Source: a virus
Taxonomy: Duplodnaviria; Caudoviricetes
Direction: 5' to 3' (one strand)
DNA: 64,000 nucleotides
IMG/VR virus record: IMGVR_UViG_3300044695_006401
Within the stretch, counting starts at the first letter, position 1, and each line of letters opens with the position of its first letter. The notes under the pieces are model-generated. The model made no database searches. It saw only the letters and a list, made by a program, of their open reading frames with translations, and had not been told where the DNA came from. A program made the position numbers and the translations under genes. Shown piece after piece: positions 37,924 to 47,281 of the stretch.

Positions 37924-39212
37924 ATAATCGATCCTGTTGGTGTTACTTTAATTTGTTTACCTTCTTTAATAAAAACTAAGTTGGACTTATTGGTTTTACC
38001 AATGAATTTGGTTCCTTTATTTTCCTCTATCAATTCCAAACTAACTTTGTATTGAGTGTTGTTTTCACTTAATTTTCTCAAATCCCTCAATGTATCTATT
38101 TTATTAATTTTAGATTTTATAAAATCTTTTTTTGATTTTTTTTCTAAACCTTTTTTTTCATCTTCATTAATAATAAAATAGTTTGATAAAACACTTTCTA
38201 CAGATTCTTTGAAAGTGTATGTTTCTACAGGTTCAGACATTTCAGGTTCCATTCCCATCGGCTCTTCGCCGTCCATCGGTTCTGGCATTTCAGGTTCCAT
38301 TCCCATATCGAAGTCTTCTTCTCCTGACAAGTCAAACTCACCCTCACCTTCAGCACCATATTCATCAGATTCGTCGAATTTAGAAAGTATATCTTCTTTA
38401 TCGTCTTCATCTAAACTATCTAAATCCATTGCAGATATTATAGAATTAATTACATACTTAATATCTTGAGAATCTAGTCCTTGATCTTTATCAAAAGCTC
38501 TAATTTTTTGACTTAATTTACCTGTTAGTCTTTGAATTGATTTCAAACCTGCTGGTCCTTGTGGTTCTTCGTCACCATCGTCTTCTCCACCCATTTCAGG
38601 TTCCATACCCATTGGCTCTTCACCATCTACGGGTTCTTCTCCACCCATTTCCGGTTCCATACCCATTGGTTCTTCTCCACCCATTTCAGGTTCCATACCC
38701 ATTGGTTCTTCTCCACCCATTTCAGATCCCATAGGAGCATCCGCTGGTGGTTCAGGTGATGGGGAAGGCATTGGTGCCGGTTCCATTGCAGGTTCCGGTG
38801 CTGGCATTTCTTCAGATTTAGGTTTAGGAGTTCTTAAAACATATTTTTTTTTTGCCTCTTGTTCACCAATAAGAGGAATTTCAAATTCGTTTCCAGTTAC
38901 CCTGTTGACTTCGGCAGCGACAAGATTAAGTTTTTTCATCGCTTCAGAATATGATCTATAATATTTCCTTTGTTTCATAGGTTCGTTATAGTCCATTTCA
39001 GACTCGTTCAAACCTTTTTTGAGGATGTATCCTGTTTTTTCTTTAACAATACCATAAGTCATACCATCAGCCAAAGTAATAGTATAGTTAGTTGTGGAAA
39101 GTGGATTAGTTTCAGTTTTAGGTGCTTCGTTATAACGAGCAATCTCCATAATTCTTCTTAATTTTTCAACACCTTCTAATTTCTCACTACCAAGAGGTCT
39201 TAAATCTCCCAT
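37920..39212 (-). CDS. acidic prohead-core-like protein with Met/Glu/Pro repeats
   Basis: 430 aa; central MEPEMGGEEPMG repeats; lies upstream of the terminase. Confidence 0.7.
   Translation of the reverse strand: MGDLRPLGSEKLEGVEKLRRIMEIARYNEAPKTETNPLSTTNYTITLADGMTYGIVKEKTGYILKKGLNESEMDYNEPMKQRKYYRSYSEAMKKLNLVAAEVNRVTGNEFEIPLIGEQEAKKKYVLRTPKPKSEEMPAPEPAMEPAPMPSPSPEPPADAPMGSEMGGEEPMGMEPEMGGEEPMGMEPEMGGEEPVDGEEPMGMEPEMGGEDDGDEEPQGPAGLKSIQRLTGKLSQKIRAFDKDQGLDSQDIKYVINSIISAMDLDSLDEDDKEDILSKFDESDEYGAEGEGEFDLSGEEDFDMGMEPEMPEPMDGEEPMGMEPEMSEPVETYTFKESVESVLSNYFIINEDEKKGLEKKSKKDFIKSKINKIDTLRDLRKLSENNTQYKVSLELIEENKGTKFIGKTNKSNLVFIKEGKQIKVTPTGSII
38581..38735. repeat. imperfect 36-bp coding repeats (EPEMGGEEPMGM)
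   Basis: TTCTCCACCCATTTC(A/C)GGTTCCATACCCATTGG recurs three times plus a partial fourth copy. Confidence 0.85.
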
Positions 39213-39226
39213 TTTTATATTTGTTT

Positions 39227-39427
39227 TTAATTGTTTAGTCCATTAAATCCGCCCAAGGCAACTCCATTACATTGTAAAGAAACAACACTCGCCTCATTTT
39301 TAACCGTATCGTTCCATACAGGTTTCGGAGTATTGAAAGTCACAATAGTACCTACTGTAGTTCCAGAAGCCGGAAGATAACCAACTACGGTAGTAGTATA
39401 ATAAGATGTACATGCAGTTGTAGACAT
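39227..39427 (-). CDS. small Thr/Gly-rich protein, probably structural
   Basis: 66 aa; late motif at 39442-39448. Confidence 0.65.
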   Translation of the reverse strand: MSTTACTSYYTTTVVGYLPASGTTVGTIVTFNTPKPVWNDTVKNEASVVSLQCNGVALGGFNGLNN

Positions 39428-39472
39428 AGTAATTTTTCTATATAAATATATTGTTAATTGGTAATTTTTACA

Positions 39473-40246
39473 TTATTCAGATTTTTCTTGCTCTAAGGAC
39501 AATTTTTTATCCGATAATGTATTTTTGAAATCTTCTAATTTGGATAAGTACCCATTTCTTCTTAGGTATTTAAACACTAAATTCTCATAAGAAAATTCAC
39601 CCTCTTTTTTAAGTCCGCAAGTTCTATACTTCCTCAACTTTTCTCGATATTTCTTCAAAAGATTCAAACCATCCTCCAAACTTTCATCTTCGGCATTTTC
39701 TATTACACCGTCAATTATTGTTTCCCATTGATCAACCTTGTCCTTTAAGACCTTTTCATCTATTGAAAATTCTTCTTTGTTGGGGTACCTTACCCACCTG
39801 TCACTTAAGATAGAGTAGGACCCCGCACTCTCTTCGGGGTCAGTAGATGCTTGGGCATAAACCTCTACTTCATATCCTTTTATTTTGATATCGTGTTTTG
39901 CGTTGAATACAGTTTTTTTAAGTCTAAAAAGTTCTTTGTATAATTCAACATCTCCATCTAATTTATCTATGTTGTAAATGATGTGTAAGTCGAAATCAGA
40001 AAATTCCGACCAATTATATCCTGTTAATGATCCGATTAAGACTACATCTTCAACATATAAATCAACATCCAAATAATCTATAAAAATATTTGCGATTTTT
40101 AATAAACGATCTCTGATTTCAGATTTAAGTTTTTCTTCTTGTCCCTCAGAATCTCCCATGTATTTTTCTTTTGGGAAATACCAAATTTTTGGGTTTAACT
40201 CATTTTGTAGGTATAAACTATCAATAATTTTTTTATCGGATGCCAT
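39473..40246 (-). CDS. Pol-beta superfamily nucleotidyltransferase
   Basis: VVLIGS(x10)SDFDLH gives the hGS...DhD signature; third acidic residue in EVEVY; late motif 4 nt upstream (40251-40257). Confidence 0.8.
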   Translation of the reverse strand: MASDKKIIDSLYLQNELNPKIWYFPKEKYMGDSEGQEEKLKSEIRDRLLKIANIFIDYLDVDLYVEDVVLIGSLTGYNWSEFSDFDLHIIYNIDKLDGDVELYKELFRLKKTVFNAKHDIKIKGYEVEVYAQASTDPEESAGSYSILSDRWVRYPNKEEFSIDEKVLKDKVDQWETIIDGVIENAEDESLEDGLNLLKKYREKLRKYRTCGLKKEGEFSYENLVFKYLRRNGYLSKLEDFKNTLSDKKLSLEQEKSE

Positions 40247-40267
40247 ACATATAAATATGATAAAAAA

Positions 40268-40516
40268 TTAATTATCTAATTTTTTATATTTGAATGTTCT
40301 TGATATTTGAGAATTGAAAAATTTTCCTTGGGATTCTGACAATCTAAATTGAGCAAAGATGTTGTGCGGAACATCTTCATATTCATATCTTAAACCGTTT
40401 TTAAATGTAGTTATTAACTTTTTTGATTCTGTATCATACTCGGTTTTTACCAAGTTAGAAGATTCGATTTCACAAACAATTCTTGTGCCTTCTATGTCAG
40501 TTCTTTTTATTGCCAT
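40268..40516 (-). CDS. KTSC-domain protein
   Basis: SSNLVKTEYD...LITTFKNGLRYEYEDVP...F..SESQGKFFNSQI. Confidence 0.88.
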   Translation of the reverse strand: MAIKRTDIEGTRIVCEIESSNLVKTEYDTESKKLITTFKNGLRYEYEDVPHNIFAQFRLSESQGKFFNSQISRTFKYKKLDN

Positions 40517-40811
40517 CTGGTTCTCTTAATGGGGTTATGTCATCTATATGACTAAGTTTATCCATAATATAATAATGAACTTCGTCTCTGTCAACATCAA
40601 AACCATAATCCTTAATTGTTTGAAAAATCTCACGCATTTTTGGTTGGAATTCGGAGTGCAATTTTAATAAGTCTTGGGGGAAGTATCTTGGACTTGCCAA
40701 CTCTTCTTGTGTCCACCCTTCTCTTTGAAATATTTTTCTCATGTCAAAATAATTCTGTTCTAAATCTTTTGTCAATTCCAAAGTATCCACGAATTTTCTC
40801 CAAGCTTTCAT
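40497..40811 (-). CDS. hypothetical protein
   Basis: 104 aa; late motif at 40816-40822, 4 nt upstream; overlaps the KTSC start. Confidence 0.7.
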   Translation of the reverse strand: MKAWRKFVDTLELTKDLEQNYFDMRKIFQREGWTQEELASPRYFPQDLLKLHSEFQPKMREIFQTIKDYGFDVDRDEVHYYIMDKLSHIDDITPLREPDGNKKN

Positions 40812-40836
40812 AACTATAAATACTACAGATTGGCAA

Positions 40837-40867
40837 TTGATTATTATTTAACTTATGTTTAATTTTG
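40837..40867 (+). promoter_or_regulatory. Bacteroidota primary-sigma promoter for clpC
   Basis: TTG(40837-40839)-N20-TAATTTTG(40860-40867). Confidence 0.6.
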
Positions 40868-40883
40868 AGTCAAATTAGAAGTT

Positions 40884-42920
40884 ATGATAGAATCCGTAGA
40901 CGAAAACGAAAAACCAAAAAACAAACCTAAAGATAGTTCCTCAAAAACCCCCGTATTAGATAATTTCTCAAGAGATCTAATTAAGGCGGCAGAAGAAGGG
41001 AAGTTGGACCCTGTGATAGGGAGAGAAAACGAGATCAATAGGATTGCTCAAATTTTATCAAGGAGAAAGAAAAACAATCCAATTATTTTAGGGGAACCGG
41101 GTTGTGGTAAAACTGCAATTGTTGAGGGACTTGCAAAAAAGATTTTTGAAGGTGATTGTCCTCAAAATTTAGCAAACAAAAGAATAGTATCGTTAGATAT
41201 GACATCAGTTGTGGCAGGGACAAAATATAGAGGTCAGTTTGAAGAGAGGATGAAGGTTATAATGGAAGAATTATATGGAAATCCCGATATTATAATTTTT
41301 ATTGATGAAATACATACTATGATTGGTGCTGGTAATTCATCAGGTTCTATGGATGCGTCAAACATATTTAAACCCGCACTTTCAAGAGGGGAACTTCAAT
41401 GTATTGGGGCGACAACTTTAGACGAATACAGAAAAAATATTGAGAAGGATGGGGCATTAGAAAGAAGATTCCAAAAAGTTATTGTTGACGCATCAACAAA
41501 AGAAGAAACATTACTAATTCTTCAACAATCCAAAGAAAGTTATGAAAATTACCACAAAGTAATTTATAGTGATGATATTATGAAACTTTGTGTGGAGTTA
41601 GCCGATAGATATATTACTGATCGTGAATTTCCAGATAAGGCATTTGATATTATTGATGAGGTTGGGGCAAGATCTCAAGTGGAAGTAAAACTTCCTGAAA
41701 TTATTGAGGACTTGAAAAAAGAAGCTTTGAAAATCAAAGAAGAAAAGTTAGATGTCATCAACAAACAAAAGTATGAGGAGGCGGCTAATTTACGAGACAA
41801 AGAAAGAAAAGTTCTTGCCGAATTAGAAAATGAGAAACAAAAATTCGAAAAGAATCGTGACATGTTTAAAAGAGAAGTGACTGAAGATGTCGTTTATGAT
41901 GTAGTTTCTTTAATGACAAAAATTCCTGTGAATAAAATATCTACAGATGAAACACAACAACTTATTTCTTTAAAAGAAAATTTGAACACAAAAGTTATTG
42001 GTCAGGATGATGCTGTAAGTAAAATAGCAAGGGCAATTCAGAGAAATAAAGTTGGTTTAAACGATCCGAAAAAACCTATTTTCAGTGGTCTGTTAATTGG
42101 TAATTCGGGAGTCGGGAAAACAGAACTCGCAAAACAATTGGCAAAACATATGTTTAACAGTGAAGACGCTTTAATCCGTTTAGACATGAGTGAGTTTTCA
42201 GATAAAATTTCAACATCCAAATTGACGGGAACATCACCAGGTTATGTGGGGTTTGAAGAGGGCTCACCATTTTTGAATAAAATCAAAAACAAGCCATACT
42301 CTGTAATTCTATTAGATGAAATAGAAAAGGCACATTCCGATATATTCAATGTTTTTTTACAGATGTTGGATGAGGGTATGTTAACAGACGGTCATGGGAG
42401 AAAAATAAATTTTAAAAATTGTATTATTCTAATGACTTCTAATGTGGGAACTAAGGTTGTACAAGATTTTGGGACGGGTGTCGGTTTTTCAACAACGGCA
42501 AAAACTGAAAGAAAAGACGATGAGATCAAAACACTTTTGGAAAAAGAGCTATTCAAAAAATTCCCGCCTGAGTTTATCAATAGATTTGATGATATAGTTT
42601 ATTTCAAAGACCTTAATAAAGAGGATTTGTTAAAAATTGTTGATTTAGAACTTAATAAATTCTACGAAAGAATTTCTAAGTTAGAGTTTTCTGTAGATGT
42701 CGATGAGACACTAAAAAAACATCTAATAGAAGTCGGAATGGATACTCGTTTTGGGGCTAGAATACTTAAAAGAACCGTACAGAAATGGATTGATGATGCA
42801 ATCACTGAAAAAATCCTTACAGATAACCCAGAAAAAGGATCAAAGTTTGTTCTTACTTATAACGAGAAGGAAAAGAAAACTGATGTTAAAATAAAAAAAC
42901 CAATTAAAAGAAAAAAATAA
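40884..42920 (+). CDS. clpC: ClpC-type AAA+ unfoldase lacking the Clp_N domain
   Basis: Two NBDs ([14 protein letters not shown]; [17 protein letters not shown]), pore loops KYRG and GYVG, short UVR-type M domain ([13 protein letters not shown]), ClpP-docking VGF loop; NBD1 begins about 20 aa after the start. Confidence 0.9.
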   Translation: MIESVDENEKPKNKPKDSSSKTPVLDNFSRDLIKAAEEGKLDPVIGRENEINRIAQILSRRKKNNPIILGEPGCGKTAIVEGLAKKIFEGDCPQNLANKRIVSLDMTSVVAGTKYRGQFEERMKVIMEELYGNPDIIIFIDEIHTMIGAGNSSGSMDASNIFKPALSRGELQCIGATTLDEYRKNIEKDGALERRFQKVIVDASTKEETLLILQQSKESYENYHKVIYSDDIMKLCVELADRYITDREFPDKAFDIIDEVGARSQVEVKLPEIIEDLKKEALKIKEEKLDVINKQKYEEAANLRDKERKVLAELENEKQKFEKNRDMFKREVTEDVVYDVVSLMTKIPVNKISTDETQQLISLKENLNTKVIGQDDAVSKIARAIQRNKVGLNDPKKPIFSGLLIGNSGVGKTELAKQLAKHMFNSEDALIRLDMSEFSDKISTSKLTGTSPGYVGFEEGSPFLNKIKNKPYSVILLDEIEKAHSDIFNVFLQMLDEGMLTDGHGRKINFKNCIILMTSNVGTKVVQDFGTGVGFSTTAKTERKDDEIKTLLEKELFKKFPPEFINRFDDIVYFKDLNKEDLLKIVDLELNKFYERISKLEFSVDVDETLKKHLIEVGMDTRFGARILKRTVQKWIDDAITEKILTDNPEKGSKFVLTYNEKEKKTDVKIKKPIKRKK

Positions 42921-42921
42921 T

Positions 42922-42952
42922 TTTGCAAATGTTAAAAACTTTTGTACATTTG
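42922..42952 (+). promoter_or_regulatory. Bacteroidota primary-sigma promoter
   Basis: TTTG(42922-42925)-N19-TACATTTG(42945-42952). Confidence 0.75.
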
Positions 42953-42965
42953 TAAAAAAACAGCA

Positions 42966-44018
42966 ATGAACATAGAAAAATTTAAAGAGCTCCTTTCAGT
43001 CCCAAGCAAGACATATCAAGAAGAAGATATGGTAGAGTTTATTTGTGACGAGTTGGGGGATATGGAAGGGGTTACTTTCTATCGTGATGTAATGATGAAC
43101 ATCTACGCGACAAAAGGTGTGTTAGAGGAAGGTGAATTTTACCCTATGTTTATTGCTCACACAGATACAGTACACAGTAAGATTGAAAAAATAGTAGTTA
43201 AAGAAGAAAAACTTGCTCGACCTTACACTTTTGGTAAATCCTTTGACAACACACCAGTTGATGTATTAAAGGCTTATGACACTAACGGTAACCCAACAGG
43301 TATTGGTGGTGATGACAAGTGTGGTATTTTTATTTGTTTAGAGTTACTAAAACAATTAGACAAAGTAAAAATTGGTTTTTTTGTTTCAGAAGAAACAGGA
43401 TGTCACGGTTCATCAAAATGTGATGAAAACTTTTTACAGAATGTTGGTTATATCACTCAATATGACGCACCTGGTAATCACTTAATTACCGAGATTTGCT
43501 CGGGAGTTCGTTTGTTTGAAAGGGAGAGTGAGTTCTTTGAAAAAACATTAGAAGTTATTACGGAATCTTTTGGTAATGAAATGTTAGTTCAATCTCACCC
43601 TTACACCGACATTTCACAACTAAAAAAGAAAATCAATGTTTCTTGCATTAACATGTCTTGTGGTTATTACAATATGCACTCAGTTCAAGAGTTTGTATCC
43701 TTAGACGATGTAAAAAATGCGATTGAAGCAGGAAAGAAGATGGTTGCAGTATTGGGACTTAAAAAATACACATACGAATATGCTCCTATCAAATATACTC
43801 CTCAATTAATAATGAATTCACTTGTGGAAGATTTAGATGAAGAAGTTTTTGATTACCCTGAAGAAACTTTTCATCGTTTAGGGAGTATAGACGCATATGA
43901 AGAAAAAGATGGTATCACATTAAGTGACGCTTATGACGATGGATTTTTATTTATCCCCGATGAGGATTTAGTAAGTCTTTATGAAATTATTAAAGAAAGA
44001 TTGATTAAAAAGTATTAA
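42966..44018 (+). CDS. M28/M20-like zinc metallopeptidase
   Basis: AHTDTVH, GGDDKCG, SEETG, QYD, GYYNMH. The track start at 42942 lies in the promoter; ATG 42966 preferred. Confidence 0.82.
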   Translation: MNIEKFKELLSVPSKTYQEEDMVEFICDELGDMEGVTFYRDVMMNIYATKGVLEEGEFYPMFIAHTDTVHSKIEKIVVKEEKLARPYTFGKSFDNTPVDVLKAYDTNGNPTGIGGDDKCGIFICLELLKQLDKVKIGFFVSEETGCHGSSKCDENFLQNVGYITQYDAPGNHLITEICSGVRLFERESEFFEKTLEVITESFGNEMLVQSHPYTDISQLKKKINVSCINMSCGYYNMHSVQEFVSLDDVKNAIEAGKKMVAVLGLKKYTYEYAPIKYTPQLIMNSLVEDLDEEVFDYPEETFHRLGSIDAYEEKDGITLSDAYDDGFLFIPDEDLVSLYEIIKERLIKKY

Positions 44019-45163
44019 TCAATATAAGGAACAATCGGTGGAGTTTCCAACATATCCAAGATACGACGTAATGGGGCGGACCCTTTTTTAAATGGTTCTC
44101 CCCATGTGTTTCCTTTACGTAAACCATAATTAACCATTAAAGTGTCACTATCAACATCAAATATTCTAATTTCATATCCTCCTGGAATTTTTTTACTACG
44201 ATTAAATCCTATTTTTTCATTTAGTGTGTTTAAAATTTGAAAATATTTTTTCATTTTTTCTTCTCCACCCTCTTGAACCATATCGTCTAACTCTTCCATT
44301 AAACTTTCTAAATCTCTAATACTTCTTTTATTAAATTCTTCGTAAAATACATCTCTGTTCCAAGCTTCGTATTGAATTTCATAATATTCTGAAGCGTGGT
44401 TTGTAACTTCTTTTTCTATTGCTTTAAACATTATATCCAGCAAACAATCTTCGGGAGTTCCGTATCTTACAAATAACATAATGGCGTCACCCCAACTTAA
44501 AAAATATTTCCAATAACAATTTTTTGATTGATTTTCAATACCAATAACAGATAAAGAATTACAATATATTTCATCAATATATCTTGGCACTTCCGCATCC
44601 GTTGCTCTATCATTTGCATATGCATAAGCCTCTATTAAATCATCCTTTGTTCTGCTACTTACAGATTCAATAAAATCACATATTTTATCCGTTTCTTTAC
44701 CATCTTTCCACTTAACGTGATTATCAATAACCTCAAAAGAATTTAATAAGTGTGGTTGATATTTTTTTAATATCTCATATAAAAGTTTTAATGGATCACC
44801 GTTTATTGATTCAATTATATACCCATCATTCCAATCTTCACTTGCTCTATCCCAAGTATCCCATTCCCATTGACCTCTACGCATAGAATCAAGATATCCC
44901 GCTTCATACCAAGCATCTGAACCTTCATCACCATAAGTTTCTTTGAAAAAAAATCTTAGGTATTCTTCTAATCCATCATGGAAAGTGAAAGTTATACCAT
45001 CATAACCTACTTCATAATAGTCTGAATAATCAGTACCATCACACCCATCAAAATCAGTTTCATATGGGTCAATCTTTCTTTTATTTAAAGCAAGAATTTT
45101 TTCGTAGTCGGTTAATTCTATCTCATCTTCGTCTTGTTCAAAAATATCTAATATTTTTCGCAT
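44015..45163 (-). CDS. acidic hypothetical protein
   Basis: 382 aa, D/E/Y/W-rich; tandem TATTTAT motifs 2 and 6 nt upstream. Confidence 0.8.
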   Translation of the reverse strand: MRKILDIFEQDEDEIELTDYEKILALNKRKIDPYETDFDGCDGTDYSDYYEVGYDGITFTFHDGLEEYLRFFFKETYGDEGSDAWYEAGYLDSMRRGQWEWDTWDRASEDWNDGYIIESINGDPLKLLYEILKKYQPHLLNSFEVIDNHVKWKDGKETDKICDFIESVSSRTKDDLIEAYAYANDRATDAEVPRYIDEIYCNSLSVIGIENQSKNCYWKYFLSWGDAIMLFVRYGTPEDCLLDIMFKAIEKEVTNHASEYYEIQYEAWNRDVFYEEFNKRSIRDLESLMEELDDMVQEGGEEKMKKYFQILNTLNEKIGFNRSKKIPGGYEIRIFDVDSDTLMVNYGLRKGNTWGEPFKKGSAPLRRILDMLETPPIVPYID

Positions 45164-45252
45164 ATATAAATAAATATATTATTAACAACATATATTAAAA
45201 AAAAATATTATATTTGTATCTAATCTCAACATTCTAAAACCCCATTTTAACC

Positions 45253-45693
45253 ATGCAAAAATTTTCTATAACTCTATTAATTTTTTTATCATCTTTTTTT
45301 TCAATTTCACAAGTTATTACGGTTGAATTTGAAAAAACTAAATTTTTTATTTCTGAAGGTAGAATATCACCAAAGGATTTATTACTCGATACCTCCTCGA
45401 TGTATGCAAGTGAGCCAAGTAAGTATAAAAAAGTTTTTGATTTAGATAGTAATATTTGTAAATTTTATATTAATGATTCTCTTCAGAGTTCTTTAAGTAT
45501 AACCAAAGTCGAAAAGATTGAAGGAAGTTTAATTAAATTAACCTTTATTGAAAAAGATTTAAGAGACGGATTCCCTCTAGTTACCCATCAATTTGTAAGT
45601 GATACAATATGTTATTATTATTGGTATTGGGGAGGTCAGGATAACTTATCTAATTTAATTTTAGAAGAGGTAAGTAGTATATCTATAAAATAA
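45253..45693 (+). CDS. predicted exported protein (SPI signal peptide)
   Basis: MQKFSITLLIFLSSFFSIS|Q; upstream TATATTTG (45209-45216). Confidence 0.7.
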   Translation: MQKFSITLLIFLSSFFSISQVITVEFEKTKFFISEGRISPKDLLLDTSSMYASEPSKYKKVFDLDSNICKFYINDSLQSSLSITKVEKIEGSLIKLTFIEKDLRDGFPLVTHQFVSDTICYYYWYWGGQDNLSNLILEEVSSISIK

Positions 45694-45720
45694 AAAAAGG
45701 TGGGTATACCCACCTTTTTT
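45693..45720. terminator. bidirectional terminator
   Basis: Perfect palindrome AAAAAAGGTGGG-TATA-CCCACCTTTTTT between convergent genes. Confidence 0.88.
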
Positions 45721-45740
45721 ATTAAATTAATTTAAAGTCT

Positions 45741-46094
45741 TTAACAATCGGATTTAAGGGTCCCCTTCCAATTAGGGTGATTTAAAGTTAGTTGAGAAAC
45801 CACCATGGAAGAAATAGGTTGATTACTTTCATCCACTATCTGACCAGTTTTACATGAATAAGTATAATCTTTTCCACTTCTATCATTTATCCATCCTAAA
45901 TCTTGACTCCACTGTTTTAAATCAAACCCGACTCCGTCGGCACCATTGTTTCCAGTATTAGCAATACGCATTCCTTTTCTATTTTTTTCCGCAGCTACAG
46001 AATATTGCGCCCAATCCATCACTTCTTGTTCGTTGATTACTCTGGATACGATTCTTTTCAAGTCACTTTCAGTTAATCTTACAATTTTACTCAT
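45741..46094 (-). CDS. protein with conserved KIVRLTESDL...RVINE leader (putative internal head protein)
   Basis: N-terminus MSKIVRLTESDLKRIVSRVINEQ, shared with 47282..47755. Confidence 0.7.
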   Translation of the reverse strand: MSKIVRLTESDLKRIVSRVINEQEVMDWAQYSVAAEKNRKGMRIANTGNNGADGVGFDLKQWSQDLGWINDRSGKDYTYSCKTGQIVDESNQPISSMVVSQLTLNHPNWKGTLKSDC

Positions 46095-46166
46095 AATTAA
46101 TATTTTAATATAATTTTATTTACTATATTCTATAAGTATATTGTTTTAAGTAAAAAAATTAATTAA

Positions 46167-46198
46167 TTTGATTTTTTAGGATATAATATTTATATTTG
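46167..46198 (+). promoter_or_regulatory. Bacteroidota primary-sigma promoter for the tmRNA
   Basis: TTTG(46167-46170)-N20-TATATTTG(46191-46198). Confidence 0.75.
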
Positions 46199-46234
46199 TA
46201 TTATTATTCTTTGAAGTAGTCAATTAAGATATAT

Positions 46235-46652
46235 GGGCCTATATTGGATTTGACGGGCGTTGGTTGAATAAAAGAAGCATGTCGGGACTGAATTAATCTC
46301 GTTAAAAACTGATTCGAACAACAACTGGCAATGTGCTAAACAACCTTGAGACTTTGGGACTTATCTCAACTCAAGAAGTTACTGTAGCTTAATTTAAGTA
46401 CGGAAACGGGGGGTCGGTGGATACATAACCTAGCAACAGAAATCCTTAAGGTGTGGTTTCTACCCAAAAAGAAACAAACGGTCTCGTTCAGAGGTCTACC
46501 GTAACAAAAGTGAACTCGACACAGTTTTTGGTAACGATGTTAAAATAGGAACCAAATATTTTGGAAGGTATGAAAAACCTTATCCTAAACATGTAGTTGT
46601 CTCTTAGACAAGACGAGCCGGACGAGGGAGTCGGAGCCCTCTAGGTCCACCA
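46235..46652 (+). ncRNA. ssrA: tmRNA (SsrA), 418 nt
   Basis: 5' GGGCCTATATTGGATTTGAC; acceptor stem GGGCCTA/TAGGTCC with a G3.U wobble, discriminator A and encoded CCA; helix-2 GCATGT/ACATGT; T-stem GAGGG/CCCTC after GGAC; tag ORF at 46327-46392 after ACAACT. Confidence 0.92.
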
Positions 46653-46656
46653 ATTA

Positions 46657-46691
46657 ATCCCATCATTTAATTATGGTGGGATATTTTTTTT
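46657..46691 (+). terminator. Rho-independent terminator after the tmRNA
   Basis: ATCCCATCAT/ATGGTGGGAT stem followed by ATTTTTTTT. Confidence 0.8.
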
Positions 46692-46710
46692 AAAATATTT
46701 TTAAAAGTGT

Positions 46711-46740
46711 TTTGCAAATCAAAAAAAGGTCTTATCTTTG
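46711..46740 (+). promoter_or_regulatory. Bacteroidota primary-sigma promoter
   Basis: TTTG(46711-46714)-N18-TATCTTTG(46733-46740). Confidence 0.65.
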
Positions 46741-46777
46741 TAGTGTAATCATTCATAAACCCTTTAAACCAAATAAC

Positions 46778-47221
46778 ATGAAAAATTTATTGACCTTAGT
46801 TTTCGCATTATTCTCAACAATTACTGTTTTCTCTCAAGCAAATTTGAACTTCCATACTTTGGGTGGTTTTGATTATTTTGACATTACAAATAAAAATATC
46901 AATCCTGAGGATCTTTTAAAGGGTAAGACTGTGGGTCAAGTTCTACAATCAGATGGATTTAATCTTTACGAGATCAACTTAGATAAAAAAACATTGACCC
47001 ACAATTATATTACTTTGGAATCGGGATCAAAAGACCGTAAAGAAGTGGTATACAAGATTACAAATTTGGAAGATGAGACATACTTTACAAAATTTGATGT
47101 TGTGACTGAAGATTTTGGTACGATGACTTTTGTAATTAATAAAATGAAATCAACAAACAAAGATTTGATTGTAGTCTTCAAAGATAATAACCGTACTTAC
47201 GCGGCAGTAGTAAATATGTAA
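46778..47221 (+). CDS. predicted exported protein (SPI signal peptide)
   Basis: MKNLLTLVFALFSTITVFS|Q; the track start at 46712 lies in the promoter. Confidence 0.72.
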   Translation: MKNLLTLVFALFSTITVFSQANLNFHTLGGFDYFDITNKNINPEDLLKGKTVGQVLQSDGFNLYEINLDKKTLTHNYITLESGSKDRKEVVYKITNLEDETYFTKFDVVTEDFGTMTFVINKMKSTNKDLIVVFKDNNRTYAAVVNM

Positions 47222-47231
47222 TATTACCCAA

Positions 47232-47266
47232 AACAAAAAAACCCTCTTTTCGGAGGGTTTTTTGTT
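47232..47266. terminator. bidirectional terminator
   Basis: AACAAAAAAACCCTC-TTTTCG-GAGGGTTTTTTGTT between convergent genes. Confidence 0.85.
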
Positions 47267-47281
47267 CAATTAGTTTTTTAA

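Noticed and set aside
46300-46325. GATTCGAAC as a possible tRNA T-loop
   Set aside because: It lies inside the tmRNA with no cloverleaf around it. I found no stand-alone tRNA genes by eye.
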